A stretch of DNA of 64,000 bases, taken from contig OY821641.1 of the NCBI GenBank assembly GCA_963555995.3, positions 2,720,001 through 2,784,000 on the forward strand, written 5' to 3'. This document shows, in pieces, positions 28,349 through 38,231 of this stretch. Both the position numbers and the translations under genes were made by a program. Below the pieces are notes generated by a model. It had not been told where the DNA came from. It was given only the letters and a program-made list of their open reading frames with translations, and did no database searches. The stretch is from Vicinamibacteria bacterium (GTDB taxonomy: Bacteria; Acidobacteriota; Vicinamibacteria; Marinacidobacterales; Marinacidobacteraceae). The first letter of the stretch is position 1. The number at the start of each line of letters is the position of its first letter.

Positions 28349-29106
28349 GCGATGCCCGGCTCGGGGCGCACGCCCATCAGGCGACCGGTGCGGCCGATGG
28401 CCGCTCCCATGACCGTCATGCCCCAGAAATAGCCGGGAATGGCGCCGATCAGGCAGAGAATGACGGTCAGGTCGGCGATGATCGAGAACAGGATCAGGCT
28501 CAGCAGCAGGACGATGTAGTTGCCGAAGTTGGCCCGAATCAGGCCGACGTTCTCGTTCAGCCGGAAGGCCGCGGTGAACCGGCCGGTCGCCGCCAGTTGC
28601 ACGATCCCGGCCGGGATGAGCGCCTTGGCGAGCAGCGCCGCGAACACGAGGAAGAAAATGGAGGCGAGGCTCCCGATCACCGAGGTCGCCACCACCGCCG
28701 GAGAACCCATGGACTGTCCGATCAGCGCCCAGAAGACGCCGATGGCCACGAGAACCAGGCCCATCACGACCGCCGCCAGGGTGTAGCCCGCGATCACCCC
28801 GAACACCTTGATCCCGTCCAGCAGCACCCCTCCGAAGTCATCCCAGTCGGCCATCGGGTGCTCGTCGCCGCGCAGGGCGCCCCGGGCGGTGCGCACGCCG
28901 AAGCCGAGCAGGGCCAGCAGGCCCAGGCCGAACAGCGGGATGAGCACCACCATGAGGCTGCCGATCACGAACTTGGAGAGCGCCTTCGGGTCCCGGAACG
29001 CAAAGGTGAACAGACCGCCCAGGTCGAATCGCTCCGGGGCCGGCGGCAGGGGTGGCGGCGGGGGCGGCGGCTCGTCCGTCGGCAGTACTGGCTGTTCTTC
29101 GGTCAT
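28345..29106 (-). CDS. DUF4013-like membrane protein
   Basis: FTFAFRDP...KFVIG...IP..G...MADWDDFG...DG; stop TAG lies in the MITE CTAG. Confidence 0.8.
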   Translation of the reverse strand: MTEEQPVLPTDEPPPPPPPLPPAPERFDLGGLFTFAFRDPKALSKFVIGSLMVVLIPLFGLGLLALLGFGVRTARGALRGDEHPMADWDDFGGVLLDGIKVFGVIAGYTLAAVVMGLVLVAIGVFWALIGQSMGSPAVVATSVIGSLASIFFLVFAALLAKALIPAGIVQLAATGRFTAAFRLNENVGLIRANFGNYIVLLLSLILFSIIADLTVILCLIGAIPGYFWGMTVMGAAIGRTGRLMGVRPEPGIA

Positions 29107-29136
29107 GCGATGTCCCTCTGCAATCCGTAACGGATT

Positions 29137-29979
29137 TCAGTCCGCCGCGGTTTCCACCGCTTCCAGCTCGACGCCCATGATGCGGCCGGCGTGACCGATC
29201 GCGGCGCCGGACGCCGTCCAGGTCCAGAAGAGGCCCGGCACCAGACCCACCAGGAAGAGCGACAGGCTGAGGTTGGCGAGGATCGCGAAGAGCACGAGGA
29301 TCAGCAGCAGGAGGATGTAGGTCCCCGGGTGGGCGCGGATCCGCCTCAGGTTCCGGATCCAGCCGAGGGCCGGGCGGATCCGTCCGGTAGCGGCGAGTTG
29401 CATCAGCCCTGCCGGCAGCAGCGCCTTGGCGAACCCGGCCAGCAGCACCACGAACCAGCCGGTGACGACCAGGCCGAAGACCGCCGCCGCTCCCATCAGC
29501 CCGGCTCCGGCAACCGGGACCGCGACCATCTCGGGCAGGATCTCGCCGAAGACGTCGGGGGCGACCCCGCTGTCCAGCGCGGCGCCCGCCACCGCGGCGA
29601 AGATCCCGCCGGCAATCCCGACCGCCACCAGACCGATCAGGGCGCCCACCAGGAAGAGCCCGCCCCCAACGACGGCCACCACGGCGGCATGGACGAGGAC
29701 GACCGCCACCACCCGCAACCCGTCGGCGAGCTGGCTGGCCACCGCATCCCAGCCGGGCATGGGGTGCTCTTCTCCCCCTAGCGCGCCGCGCGCCGTCTGG
29801 ACCGCGAAACCGAGCAGCCACAGCAGGCCGAACCCGAGGAACGGGATCAGCAGGACCGCCAGGCAGCCGATCATCCACTTGCGGAACGCCCTTGGATCGC
29901 GGAACGCGAAACCGAGCAGGAAACCGAGGTCAATCCGCGCTGGCGGCGCGGCGGCAGCGGTGGTCGCTTCGTCGTTCAT
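29137..29979 (-). CDS. DUF4013-like membrane protein (tandem paralogue)
   Basis: Shares FAFRDP, TARGAL.G.EHPM, KAL.PAG..QLAATGR with its neighbour. Confidence 0.8.
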   Translation of the reverse strand: MNDEATTAAAAPPARIDLGFLLGFAFRDPRAFRKWMIGCLAVLLIPFLGFGLLWLLGFAVQTARGALGGEEHPMPGWDAVASQLADGLRVVAVVLVHAAVVAVVGGGLFLVGALIGLVAVGIAGGIFAAVAGAALDSGVAPDVFGEILPEMVAVPVAGAGLMGAAAVFGLVVTGWFVVLLAGFAKALLPAGLMQLAATGRIRPALGWIRNLRRIRAHPGTYILLLLILVLFAILANLSLSLFLVGLVPGLFWTWTASGAAIGHAGRIMGVELEAVETAAD

Positions 29980-30006
29980 GGTGGCCCCCGGAGAGGCCGC
30001 TGACCG

Positions 30007-30210
30007 TGAACAGTCGGTGGTGGAACTGGCGTGAGCGCCAGCCCCCCACCGGGAGAACTGGTGTCCGCTGGGCCTCGCTGACAAGGCGCGCAAGGGAGGA
30101 ATACCAAGCGTATTCCGACCGAAGCGCAACGATGAGCGCGCCGAAGCGAGCGGTTCAGCGGGGATTCAGCGGGCGTTGAATGCCGCGTCAGTTCCATCAC
30201 AGACTGTTAG
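30007..30210 (+). mobile_element. Diverged MITE family A copy with a 19-nt insert
   Basis: AACAGTCGGTGGTGGAACTG...CAGTTCCATCACAGACTGTTAG with the conserved core. Confidence 0.85.
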
Positions 30211-30230
30211 CCTTACCGCCCCTCGCGCCG

Positions 30231-32942
30231 ATGTTACATAACTCCTTCGGATCCTTGGAAAAACACCGCACTGCCGACGGGGACGTGCACGTCTACGCCC
30301 TCGAAGCGGTGGAGCGGGAAGGACTCGGGTCCATTTCCCGGCTTCCGTTCTCGATCCGGGTCCTGCTCGAGTCGCTGCTCCGCGGGGTGGACGGGCGGAC
30401 GGTTCGCGAAGCGGACGTGGCCGCCCTCGCGGCCTGGAACGCCGAAGCGCCGGCCCGGCGCGAGGTCCCGTTCCGGCCGGCCCGCGTCATCCTGCAGGAC
30501 TTCACCGGAGTGCCCGCGCTCGTGGACCTCGCCGCCATGCGGTCCGCGCTGGCCCGGATGGGCGGCGACCCCGCGCGGATCAATCCGAAGGCGCCGGTGG
30601 ACCTGGTCATTGACCACTCGGTGGTGGTGGATTCGTTCGGAACCCCGATGGCGGCCCACCGGAACGCCGCGATCGAGTTCGAACGGAACCAGGAGCGCTA
30701 CCGGTTCCTCCGCTGGGGAGCGGAGGCGTTCTCCCGCTTCCGGGTCGTTCCCCCCGCCACCGGCATCGTCCACCAGGTGAACCTCGAGCTCCTCGCCAAG
30801 GTGGTCATGGAGGACGGCGAGGGCGACGAGCGGGTGCTGCTTCCGGACACCCTGGTGGGAACCGATTCCCACACCACCATGATCAACGGCCTCGGCGTCC
30901 TCGGCTGGGGCGTCGGGGGCATCGAGGCCGAGGCGGCGATGCTCGGCCAGCCGTGCTACCTCATCACGCCGAAGGTGGTCGGTTTCCGCCTGAGCGGCGC
31001 CCTGCAGGAGGGGGTCACCGCAACCGACCTCGTGCTCACCATCACCGAGCGGCTGCGCGCCCACGGGGTGGTGGAGAGTTTCGTGGAGTTCTTCGGCGAA
31101 GGGCTCTCGGAGATCTCGCTCTCCGACCGCGCCACGGTGGCCAACATGGCGCCCGAATACGGCGCCACCATGGGTTTCTTCCCGGTGGACGCCGAGACCC
31201 TCTCCTATCTCCGCCGCACCGGCCGGAGCGACGAGGAGGTGGGCCGGGTCGAGGCGTACGCCAAGCGCCAGGGTCTGTTCCGGACCGACGCGACGCCGGA
31301 CCCGGAGTACACCGACGTGCTCGAACTCGATCTCGGAACGGTGGAGCCGAGTCTCGCGGGTCCGAAGCGGCCGCAGGACCGGGTGGCGCTCTCCGACATG
31401 CAGCGCGCCTTCCGCGCGTCCCTGACCGCGCCGGTGGCGGAACGGGGATTCGCCCTCGAGGCCGAGCAGCTCGCGCGGACCGCGAGCGCCGGGAACGGCC
31501 GCAACCTGGGCCACGGCGCGGTGGTGATCGCGGCGATCACCTCCTGCACGAACACCTCGAACCCCGGCGTGATGCTCGCCGCCGGCCTTCTCGCGCAGCG
31601 GGCGGTGGGGCTCGGGCTCACTACCCCCGATCACGTCAAGACCTCGCTCGCGCCGGGGTCGAAGGCGGTGACCGAATACCTGCGGGACGCGGGACTGCTC
31701 GGCCCCCTCGCCGATCTCGGCTTCCACCTGGTGGGCTACGGGTGCACGACCTGCATCGGGAACAGCGGACCGTTGCCGGAGCGGGTGGAGCGGGCCATCG
31801 AGAGCGCCGACCTGGTGGCGGCTTCCGTACTCTCCGGGAACCGCAACTTCGAGGGCCGCGTGCACGCGAGCGTGCGCGCCAACTACCTGGCGTCTCCACC
31901 GCTGGTGGTGGCCTACGCGCTCGCCGGCACCGTGGACATTGATCTGGAGGAGGAGCCGCTCGGAACCGGCGCCGACGGCAATCCGGTGTTCCTGCGCGAC
32001 ATCTGGCCGAGCAGCGCGGACGTCCGGGACGCTCTCGACCGGGCGCTCCGGCCGGAGACCTTCCGCCGGATGTACGGCAACGTCTGGGACGGCAACCCCA
32101 CGTGGAACGAGATCCCGGTGGACGCCTCCGAGATCTACCCGTGGGACGAAGGCTCCACCTACATCCAGGAACCGCCGTTCTTCTCCGGAATGACCGCCGA
32201 ACCGGCCCCCCCCCCCGACATCCGGGGAGCGCGGGTGCTCGTCCGCTGCGGCGATTCGGTCACCACCGATCACATTTCACCCGCCGGGACCATCGCCTTC
32301 GATTCGCCCGCCGGCAGTTGGCTCCGGGAGCGCGGGATCGAGCGCGGCGACTTCAACTCCTACGGTTCACGCCGCGGCAACGACCGGATCATGCTCCGCG
32401 GCACCTTCGCGAACATCCGGTTCCGGAACCAGCTCGCGGGCGGCGCCGAGGGCGGCTTCACGGTGCACCACCCGTCGGGTGAGCAGACCACCATCTTCGA
32501 CGCCGCCGAGCGCTACCGCGAGGAGGGCACCCCGCTCGTGATCCTCGCCGGCAAGGAGTACGGGACCGGCTCCTCCCGCGACTGGGCCGCCAAGGGAACG
32601 CTGCTCCTGGGCGTCAAGGCGGTGATCGCCGAGAGCTTCGAGCGCATCCACCGCAGCAACCTGGTCGGCATGGGCGTCCTGCCGCTCGAGTTCCCGCCCG
32701 GAGAGAACGCAGAGTCCCTCGGTCTGGTGGGAGATGAGGTTCTCGACATCGAGGGGGTCAGCAACGGCCTCGGCCCCGGCGCCCGGGTCACGGTGACCGC
32801 GACCCGCAACGGAGAGTCCCGCTCGTTCGAGGCGCGCTGCCGCCTCGACTCGGCGGTGGAAGTGGACTACTACCGTAACGGAGGCATCCTCCAGACGGTG
32901 ATGCGCGACCTGGCCCGGGAAGAAGAGCCGGCCACCGCCTGA
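30231..32942 (+). CDS. acnA: Aconitate hydratase AcnA
   Basis: [55 protein letters not shown]. Confidence 0.97.
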   Translation: MLHNSFGSLEKHRTADGDVHVYALEAVEREGLGSISRLPFSIRVLLESLLRGVDGRTVREADVAALAAWNAEAPARREVPFRPARVILQDFTGVPALVDLAAMRSALARMGGDPARINPKAPVDLVIDHSVVVDSFGTPMAAHRNAAIEFERNQERYRFLRWGAEAFSRFRVVPPATGIVHQVNLELLAKVVMEDGEGDERVLLPDTLVGTDSHTTMINGLGVLGWGVGGIEAEAAMLGQPCYLITPKVVGFRLSGALQEGVTATDLVLTITERLRAHGVVESFVEFFGEGLSEISLSDRATVANMAPEYGATMGFFPVDAETLSYLRRTGRSDEEVGRVEAYAKRQGLFRTDATPDPEYTDVLELDLGTVEPSLAGPKRPQDRVALSDMQRAFRASLTAPVAERGFALEAEQLARTASAGNGRNLGHGAVVIAAITSCTNTSNPGVMLAAGLLAQRAVGLGLTTPDHVKTSLAPGSKAVTEYLRDAGLLGPLADLGFHLVGYGCTTCIGNSGPLPERVERAIESADLVAASVLSGNRNFEGRVHASVRANYLASPPLVVAYALAGTVDIDLEEEPLGTGADGNPVFLRDIWPSSADVRDALDRALRPETFRRMYGNVWDGNPTWNEIPVDASEIYPWDEGSTYIQEPPFFSGMTAEPAPPPDIRGARVLVRCGDSVTTDHISPAGTIAFDSPAGSWLRERGIERGDFNSYGSRRGNDRIMLRGTFANIRFRNQLAGGAEGGFTVHHPSGEQTTIFDAAERYREEGTPLVILAGKEYGTGSSRDWAAKGTLLLGVKAVIAESFERIHRSNLVGMGVLPLEFPPGENAESLGLVGDEVLDIEGVSNGLGPGARVTVTATRNGESRSFEARCRLDSAVEVDYYRNGGILQTVMRDLAREEEPATA

Positions 32943-32986
32943 GGCACACCAGACCGCGCCGCGCCAATCCAGGCAGTGGCGCGGAC

Positions 32987-33043
32987 GGCTTGGAACGCCG
33001 GTCTCCAGGCCGGCACGCGCGGCGCTCTGCGCCGCGCCCGTCG
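32987..33043 (+). repeat. REP-like two-hairpin element
   Basis: GGCTTGGAACGCCGGTCTCCAGGCCGGCACGCGCGGCGC. Confidence 0.88.
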
Positions 33044-33076
33044 TAGCGCCATCCGCGACGACCGGTCCGCAATTCC

Positions 33077-34057
33077 CTAACGCGCCGAGATGGGAGTCTC
33101 GCCGGCGAGGATGCGCCGGAAGACGCCCATCTCGATGTTCCCGCCGGACACCACGCAGACGACCCGCCGTTTCCGGCCCGCCTCGCCCGGACGCCGCGGC
33201 ACCCGATCGGCGACTGCCACCGCCACCGGGCTGGCGCCGGCGCCCTCGGCCACGATCCGGCTCCGGCCGGCCAGGACGCGCACCGCCTCGGCGATCTCGT
33301 CGGGTGAGGCCAACAGCGGTTCCTCCAGGAACTCCTGAACGAGGGGCCACATCGGGTCCAGCACCGTGTTTCCGCCGATCCCGTCCACGAAGCTGGGCTC
33401 GGTATCAATCCACCGGGGCGATCCGTGCCGGACCGCCGCCGCGACCTTGGCCGAGGTGGTGACCTCGACCGGGTGGACCCGCGCGCCGGAGCCCTTCAAG
33501 CGGAGGGCGTTCGAAATCCCGCAACTCAGGCCGCCGCCCCCGAAGGGAACCAGCACGGCGTCCACGTCGGGCAGGTCCTCGTAGATCTCCAGCCCCGCGG
33601 TGGCGTTGCCCACCATGACCTCCCTCTCCTCGACCGGATGGACGAAGCGGGCGTCGAGCCCCGGATGGGTGTGGCTGACGATCGCCTTCCACCACTCCGG
33701 AAAGGGCTGGACCACGATCTCCGCCCCGAGCGCGGCGATGGACCGGCGTTTGTTCTCCGGCGAGGTCTCGGGGACGACGACGGTGCAGGGAACGCCCCGC
33801 TCCCGCGCCATGAAGGCAGCCGCCTGGGCCCAGTTCCCGGCGCTCGCGGTCATCACCCCGCGGGAGAGTTCCGCGTCGCTGAGCGAACCGAAGAGATTGG
33901 CGGCGGCGCGGATCTTGAAGCAGGCGAAGGGCTGGAGGTTCTCCAGCTTCAGCCAGATCTCGTCGGGGCCCTCGACCGGCAGCCGCACCAGCGGAGTCCG
34001 GACGGCGTAGGGCGCAATCCGGGCGCGCGCCGCCTCGATCTCGGTCAGCGGGATCAT
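33077..34057 (-). CDS. PLP-dependent threonine/serine dehydratase family protein
   Basis: RTPL, LKLENLQP..FKIR, ASAGN, PFGGGGL, VSGGNI. Confidence 0.9.
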   Translation of the reverse strand: MIPLTEIEAARARIAPYAVRTPLVRLPVEGPDEIWLKLENLQPFACFKIRAAANLFGSLSDAELSRGVMTASAGNWAQAAAFMARERGVPCTVVVPETSPENKRRSIAALGAEIVVQPFPEWWKAIVSHTHPGLDARFVHPVEEREVMVGNATAGLEIYEDLPDVDAVLVPFGGGGLSCGISNALRLKGSGARVHPVEVTTSAKVAAAVRHGSPRWIDTEPSFVDGIGGNTVLDPMWPLVQEFLEEPLLASPDEIAEAVRVLAGRSRIVAEGAGASPVAVAVADRVPRRPGEAGRKRRVVCVVSGGNIEMGVFRRILAGETPISAR

Positions 34058-34081
34058 GGGCGCGGGAGTCTATGGCGGAAC

Positions 34082-34307
34082 GGCTTGGAGCGCCCGCCAG
34101 TCCTCCCGGTGGGGGCCTCCAGACCGGCACGCGCTGCGCGACAGCGCAGCGCATGACGCGGCGCCCTCCCGCGTGGGTGTGCTCTTCCCTCCACGAACCT
34201 CGACAGATCGGAGGTTCCCTTGCCTGGATCCCGCCACGGCGGCGAGCGAAACGACATCCGCGGGCCTTCGGCTTGCTGTGCCGGTCTGGAGACCGGCGTT
34301 CCGAGCC
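34082..34307. repeat. Inverted REP pair (REPIN-like); left copy interrupted by a 19-nt insert
   Basis: Plus copy 34082-34153, minus copy ~34260-34307. Confidence 0.85.
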
Positions 34308-34328
34308 GGCGCGCCATCCGGCGTGCGG

Positions 34329-35096
34329 TTACGAAGGCTGCCGTGAATGGACGATCCGGATGCCTTCCAGCGTCAAACGCTCGTTCACGAGGTCCACCAC
34401 GCCGGTCCACTCCGCTACCTGGTGGGCGAGCCCCCCGGTGGCGATGACCGTGTGGTTCCCCCCGAGTTCCTCCTTCAGCAGCCGCACCATCTCGCGCACC
34501 ATGCCGGTCCAGCCGTGGACCAGGCCGGACTGCATGGCGGCGACGGTGTGCGTCCCGACCACGCGCTTCGGCAGCCGAAGCTCCACCCGGGGCAGCCGGG
34601 CCGTCCGGCGCACCAGCGCTTCGGCGGAGACGCCGAGCCCGGGGGCGATGGCCCCGCCCCGGTATTCCCCTTCCCGGGAGATCACGTCGAACGTCAGCGC
34701 CGTGCCGGCGTCCAGGACGATGGCGTCCACTCCGTAGAGGTGATGGACCGCCACCGTGTTGGCGATGCGGTCGGGGCCGGTCTCCTCGGGAGTGTCCACC
34801 GCCAGACGGATCCCGCGGGCGGTCTTGTGGTTCAGCACGAAGAGGCGGCTCCCGAAGTGGCGCTCCGCGAGGTTCCGCAGGATCTCGGTCGCCGAGGGGA
34901 CCACGCTGGCCGCCGCGAGCCCGTCAATGTCCTGCCGCGAGACGCCGGCCCCGGCAAGCAGGCTGTCCAGCAGCGCCGCGGTCTCGTCCGCCAGGCGTTC
35001 CGCCTGGGTGGAGATTCGCCAGTCGCGCACCCAGGCGTCGCCGTCGTGCAGGCCGATGGCGGTCTTGGTGTTGCCTACGTCGAAGACGAGGAGCAT
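34329..35096 (-). CDS. coaX: Type III pantothenate kinase
   Basis: DVGNT, SVVP, GPDR, DAGTA, GGAIAPG, ATGG, LTLEG. Confidence 0.95.
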   Translation of the reverse strand: MLLVFDVGNTKTAIGLHDGDAWVRDWRISTQAERLADETAALLDSLLAGAGVSRQDIDGLAAASVVPSATEILRNLAERHFGSRLFVLNHKTARGIRLAVDTPEETGPDRIANTVAVHHLYGVDAIVLDAGTALTFDVISREGEYRGGAIAPGLGVSAEALVRRTARLPRVELRLPKRVVGTHTVAAMQSGLVHGWTGMVREMVRLLKEELGGNHTVIATGGLAHQVAEWTGVVDLVNERLTLEGIRIVHSRQPS

Positions 35097-35108
35097 TTCC
35101 CAACAATC

Positions 35109-36089
35109 CTATGAAACCGAAGCCACCGGCCGCTCTTCCCCGTCCGATCCGCGCGCCGCCTGACGCACGGCGCCGGCCCGCCAGACGCCCGCCACCACGC
35201 TGCCGATGAGCGAGTGGAAGAGGCTCGAGATGGCGCTCGGAACCGCGACCAGCGGGCTCGTGAAGTTCTGGCCGGCGAGCACCACTCCGAGGCCGGAGTT
35301 CTGCATGCCGACCTCGATGGAAACGGTGCGGGCGGTTCGAACGCGGCGCGAAACCAGCCGGGTGAGGGTGTAGCCGAGGAAGAAGCCGCCAGCGTGGAGC
35401 AGGAACACGGCGACGACCAGCAGGTCGCCCGATTCGAGGATGATCGCCCGGCTCGAGCCGATGATGGAAGCCACGATCAGCGTGATCAACACCACGGACG
35501 TGAACGGGCCGTAGGGGAGGACCGCCCGCGTGAGACCCGGGGCGTAGCGCCTCAGGACGAGCCCGGTGACGATCGGCAGGATCACCACCTGCACGGTGCT
35601 GAGGAGCAGGCCGGCCGCGGGGACGTCAATGCGGCTGCTCGCCAGCATCGAAGTCAGCGCCGGAGTCATCAGCACGGAGAACCCCGTCGAGACCGCGGTC
35701 ATCGAGACCGAGAGCGGGACATCGGCCAGCGCCAGATAGGAGATCACGTTCGAAGCCACCCCGCCGGGGCAGCAGGAAACCAGGATGAGCCCCACCGCGA
35801 ACTCCCGCGGCAGATCGAGGGCGGCGGCCACCGTCCAGCCCATCAGGGGCATGACGACGTACTGGAGCACCACGCCGAGGCCGATCGGCGCCGGCCGCCG
35901 CAGGACGCGCCGGAAGTCGTCCACCTCCAGCGTCAGCCCCATGCCCAGCATGATGACGCCCAGCCCGACGGTGATCAGGCCGCCGCTGAACCAGGTGAAG
36001 ATCCCGGGCCGCCACAGCGCGACGACGCTGGCCAACAGGACCCAGACCGGGAACGCGAACGTTCCGATCCGCAGGGCCTGGCGCAGCAT
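35109..36089 (-). CDS. Bile acid:sodium symporter family (PanS-like) transporter
   Basis: IMLGMGLTL, CCPGGVASNV, SIEVGMQNSGLG. Confidence 0.9.
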   Translation of the reverse strand: MLRQALRIGTFAFPVWVLLASVVALWRPGIFTWFSGGLITVGLGVIMLGMGLTLEVDDFRRVLRRPAPIGLGVVLQYVVMPLMGWTVAAALDLPREFAVGLILVSCCPGGVASNVISYLALADVPLSVSMTAVSTGFSVLMTPALTSMLASSRIDVPAAGLLLSTVQVVILPIVTGLVLRRYAPGLTRAVLPYGPFTSVVLITLIVASIIGSSRAIILESGDLLVVAVFLLHAGGFFLGYTLTRLVSRRVRTARTVSIEVGMQNSGLGVVLAGQNFTSPLVAVPSAISSLFHSLIGSVVAGVWRAGAVRQAARGSDGEERPVASVS

Positions 36090-36199
36090 CGGCGGAGCTT
36101 AGTCGGCGGGCCGGCCCGATAGTGTTCGCCATCCGGCCCCGCAAACCCCTCATGATCGGTCCTCCTGCACAACCCACCGGTCACGAAAACGGCGGAAAC

Positions 36200-36401
36200 G
36201 GTTTGGAACGCCGGCTTCAGCCGGCACAGCGGGCCACAGGTCCGCGGGCGACGTGTCGCGGTTCGGCTTTACGGAGCGCCATTACCGGAAACTCCGGTCT
36301 GTTCAGGTCGGCGCGGAAAAAGAACCACTCCGCAGATCAACGTCGCGCCGTGCGCTGCGCTATCGCGCAGCGCGTGCCGGCTGAAGCCGGCGTTCCAGGC
36401 C
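36200..36401. repeat. Inverted REP pair (GCCGGCTTCAGCCGGC subtype)
   Basis: Plus copy 36200-36245, minus copy 36341-36401. Confidence 0.87.
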
Positions 36402-36489
36402 GGCGGCGCCATCACGGCGCCTGGCCGATCCGCGGGATTGCATCCGCACAGCAAACCTCCGATCCGCGCGGTTTGAAGGGGCGACAGAC

Positions 36490-37851
36490 ATGAACGGCGA
36501 AACCACGAACGGAGACGCGACGGCGCGCTTCGCCGCGTGGCGCTTCCACCGCCTTCGGGAGGGCGCGGCTTCGGAAACCGACCTGCACGATCTGGAGGAA
36601 ACGCTCTCGGGCGAGTTTGCCGCGCTTCGGGAGGCCGGCCTCGATCCCGACGAAGCGTTCCTCGTGGCCCTGAAACGGGTCGGGGAAGCGGATCCGCCGA
36701 CGCGCGAGTTCGCCCGCCAGCACGCCGTCCGGATGCTGGAGCCGCCGGCCGAAGCCGGGACCGGCCGCTGGGGAGTCGGCGCCGAGATGTGGGTCGCCCT
36801 GGGGCTGGCCGCGCTCGCCGCCGCCGCCGCCAAGGCCCTGCAGCTCCTCGGCCCTCCGCTCACGGAGGACGCCATCGCCTTCTACGCCCGGAACGAGAGC
36901 ATCGTGGCGCTGGGCTGCGTTGCCGGCTACTTCGCCTGGAAGCGTGGGTTGAGCACGGCCCGCTCGGTGCGGGTCGGCGCGGTCTTCGTGGCTGCCGCCG
37001 TCCTGACGGGCGTCTTCCCGTTCACCCCGGCGGGCGCCACCGACGTGCTCGCCGCGCTCCATCTGCCGATCGCGCTATGGCTGGCGGTCGGCATCGCGTA
37101 CACGGCGGGACGATGGAGCGTTTCCGCCGACCGGATGCGCTTCGTCCGGTTCTCCGGCGAGCTCTTCATCCACGGCGTCCTGATCGCGCTCGGCGGCCTG
37201 GTCCTCTCCGCCATCACGCTCACCCTGTTCGGAAGGATCGGCGTGGACACCGACCGGCTCTGGGGAGCGTGGGTGTTGCCCTGCGGAGCGGCCGGCGCCG
37301 CCGTTGTCGCCTCCTGGCTCGCGGAAAGCAGGACCCGCGTCACCGGAAGCCTGGCGCCGCTGCTGGCCCGGATCTTCACGCCCCTCTTCGCCTTCGCCCT
37401 GCTCGCGCTGCTCGTGACGATGGCGTGGACGGGAACCGGCCTCCGGATCGAGCGCGAGGTCCTCATGGTGCTCGACGTGCTGCTGGCCGTGGTCGTGGGG
37501 TTGGTGCTCTACGCCGTTTCCGCCCGGACGCCGGAAGCCGCTCCCCGACCGTTCGACGTGATGCAACTCCTGTTGGTGACGCTCGCGCTGGCCGTGGATC
37601 TGCTGGCGCTGGGCGCCATCGGGACGCGGATCGCCGAGCTCGGCTTCACCCCCAACCGGATGGCGGCCCTCGGCCTGAACCTGGTCCTGCTCGCCAACCT
37701 GGCCGGGTCGGCCTGGTTCTATCTGCGGTTCCTGCGCGGGCTCGGTTCCTTCGCCGCCCTCGAACGCTGGCAGACCGGCTTCCTGCCGGTGTACGCCGGC
37801 TGGGCCGGGATCGTCGTGGCCACGTTCCCGCCGTTCTTCGGCTATGTCTGA
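36490..37851 (+). CDS. Multi-TM membrane protein with permease-prefix-like N-terminal domain
   Basis: LEETL...GLDPDEAFLVALKRVG...REFARQH; about 12 TM; GFTPNRMAALG. Confidence 0.8.
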   Translation: MNGETTNGDATARFAAWRFHRLREGAASETDLHDLEETLSGEFAALREAGLDPDEAFLVALKRVGEADPPTREFARQHAVRMLEPPAEAGTGRWGVGAEMWVALGLAALAAAAAKALQLLGPPLTEDAIAFYARNESIVALGCVAGYFAWKRGLSTARSVRVGAVFVAAAVLTGVFPFTPAGATDVLAALHLPIALWLAVGIAYTAGRWSVSADRMRFVRFSGELFIHGVLIALGGLVLSAITLTLFGRIGVDTDRLWGAWVLPCGAAGAAVVASWLAESRTRVTGSLAPLLARIFTPLFAFALLALLVTMAWTGTGLRIEREVLMVLDVLLAVVVGLVLYAVSARTPEAAPRPFDVMQLLLVTLALAVDLLALGAIGTRIAELGFTPNRMAALGLNLVLLANLAGSAWFYLRFLRGLGSFAALERWQTGFLPVYAGWAGIVVATFPPFFGYV

Positions 37852-37870
37852 ACGGGAGCGGTGGGAAGTC

Positions 37871-38048
37871 CTAGTGTGGTGTCCCGCAAATCCTGTGAGT
37901 TATCGAGAGCGGCGAGGCGCGCGCCTGACAAGGCGCGAATCCAGAGGAATACCGAGTGTATTCCGATGGATTCGGAACGCCGAGCGAAGCGGTCAGGCGG
38001 GATGCATCGCCGCTCGAATACCGCAGGATTTGTGGGACACCGCACTAG
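37871..38048 (+). mobile_element. MITE with family-A core but different terminal inverted repeats
   Basis: CTAGTGTGGTGTCCCGCAAATCCTG...CAGGATTTGTGGGACACCGCACTAG. Confidence 0.85.
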
Positions 38049-38231
38049 CAGCCTGTGGTGGAACTCGCGCGGCATTCGACACCCGCTGAATCCTCCCTGA
38101 ACCGCTCGCCCTTGGCTCGCTCATCGTTGCGCTTCGGTCGGAATACACCCGGTATTCCTCCCTCGCGCGCCTTGTCAGCGAGGCCCAGCGGGCGTCTCGG
38201 TGCTCACGCCAGTTCCGCCACAGGCTGCTAG
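38045..38231 (-). mobile_element. MITE family A copy sharing CTAG with the preceding element
   Basis: CTAGCAGCCTGTGGTGGAACT...AGTTCCGCCACAGGCTGCTAG. Confidence 0.9.
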
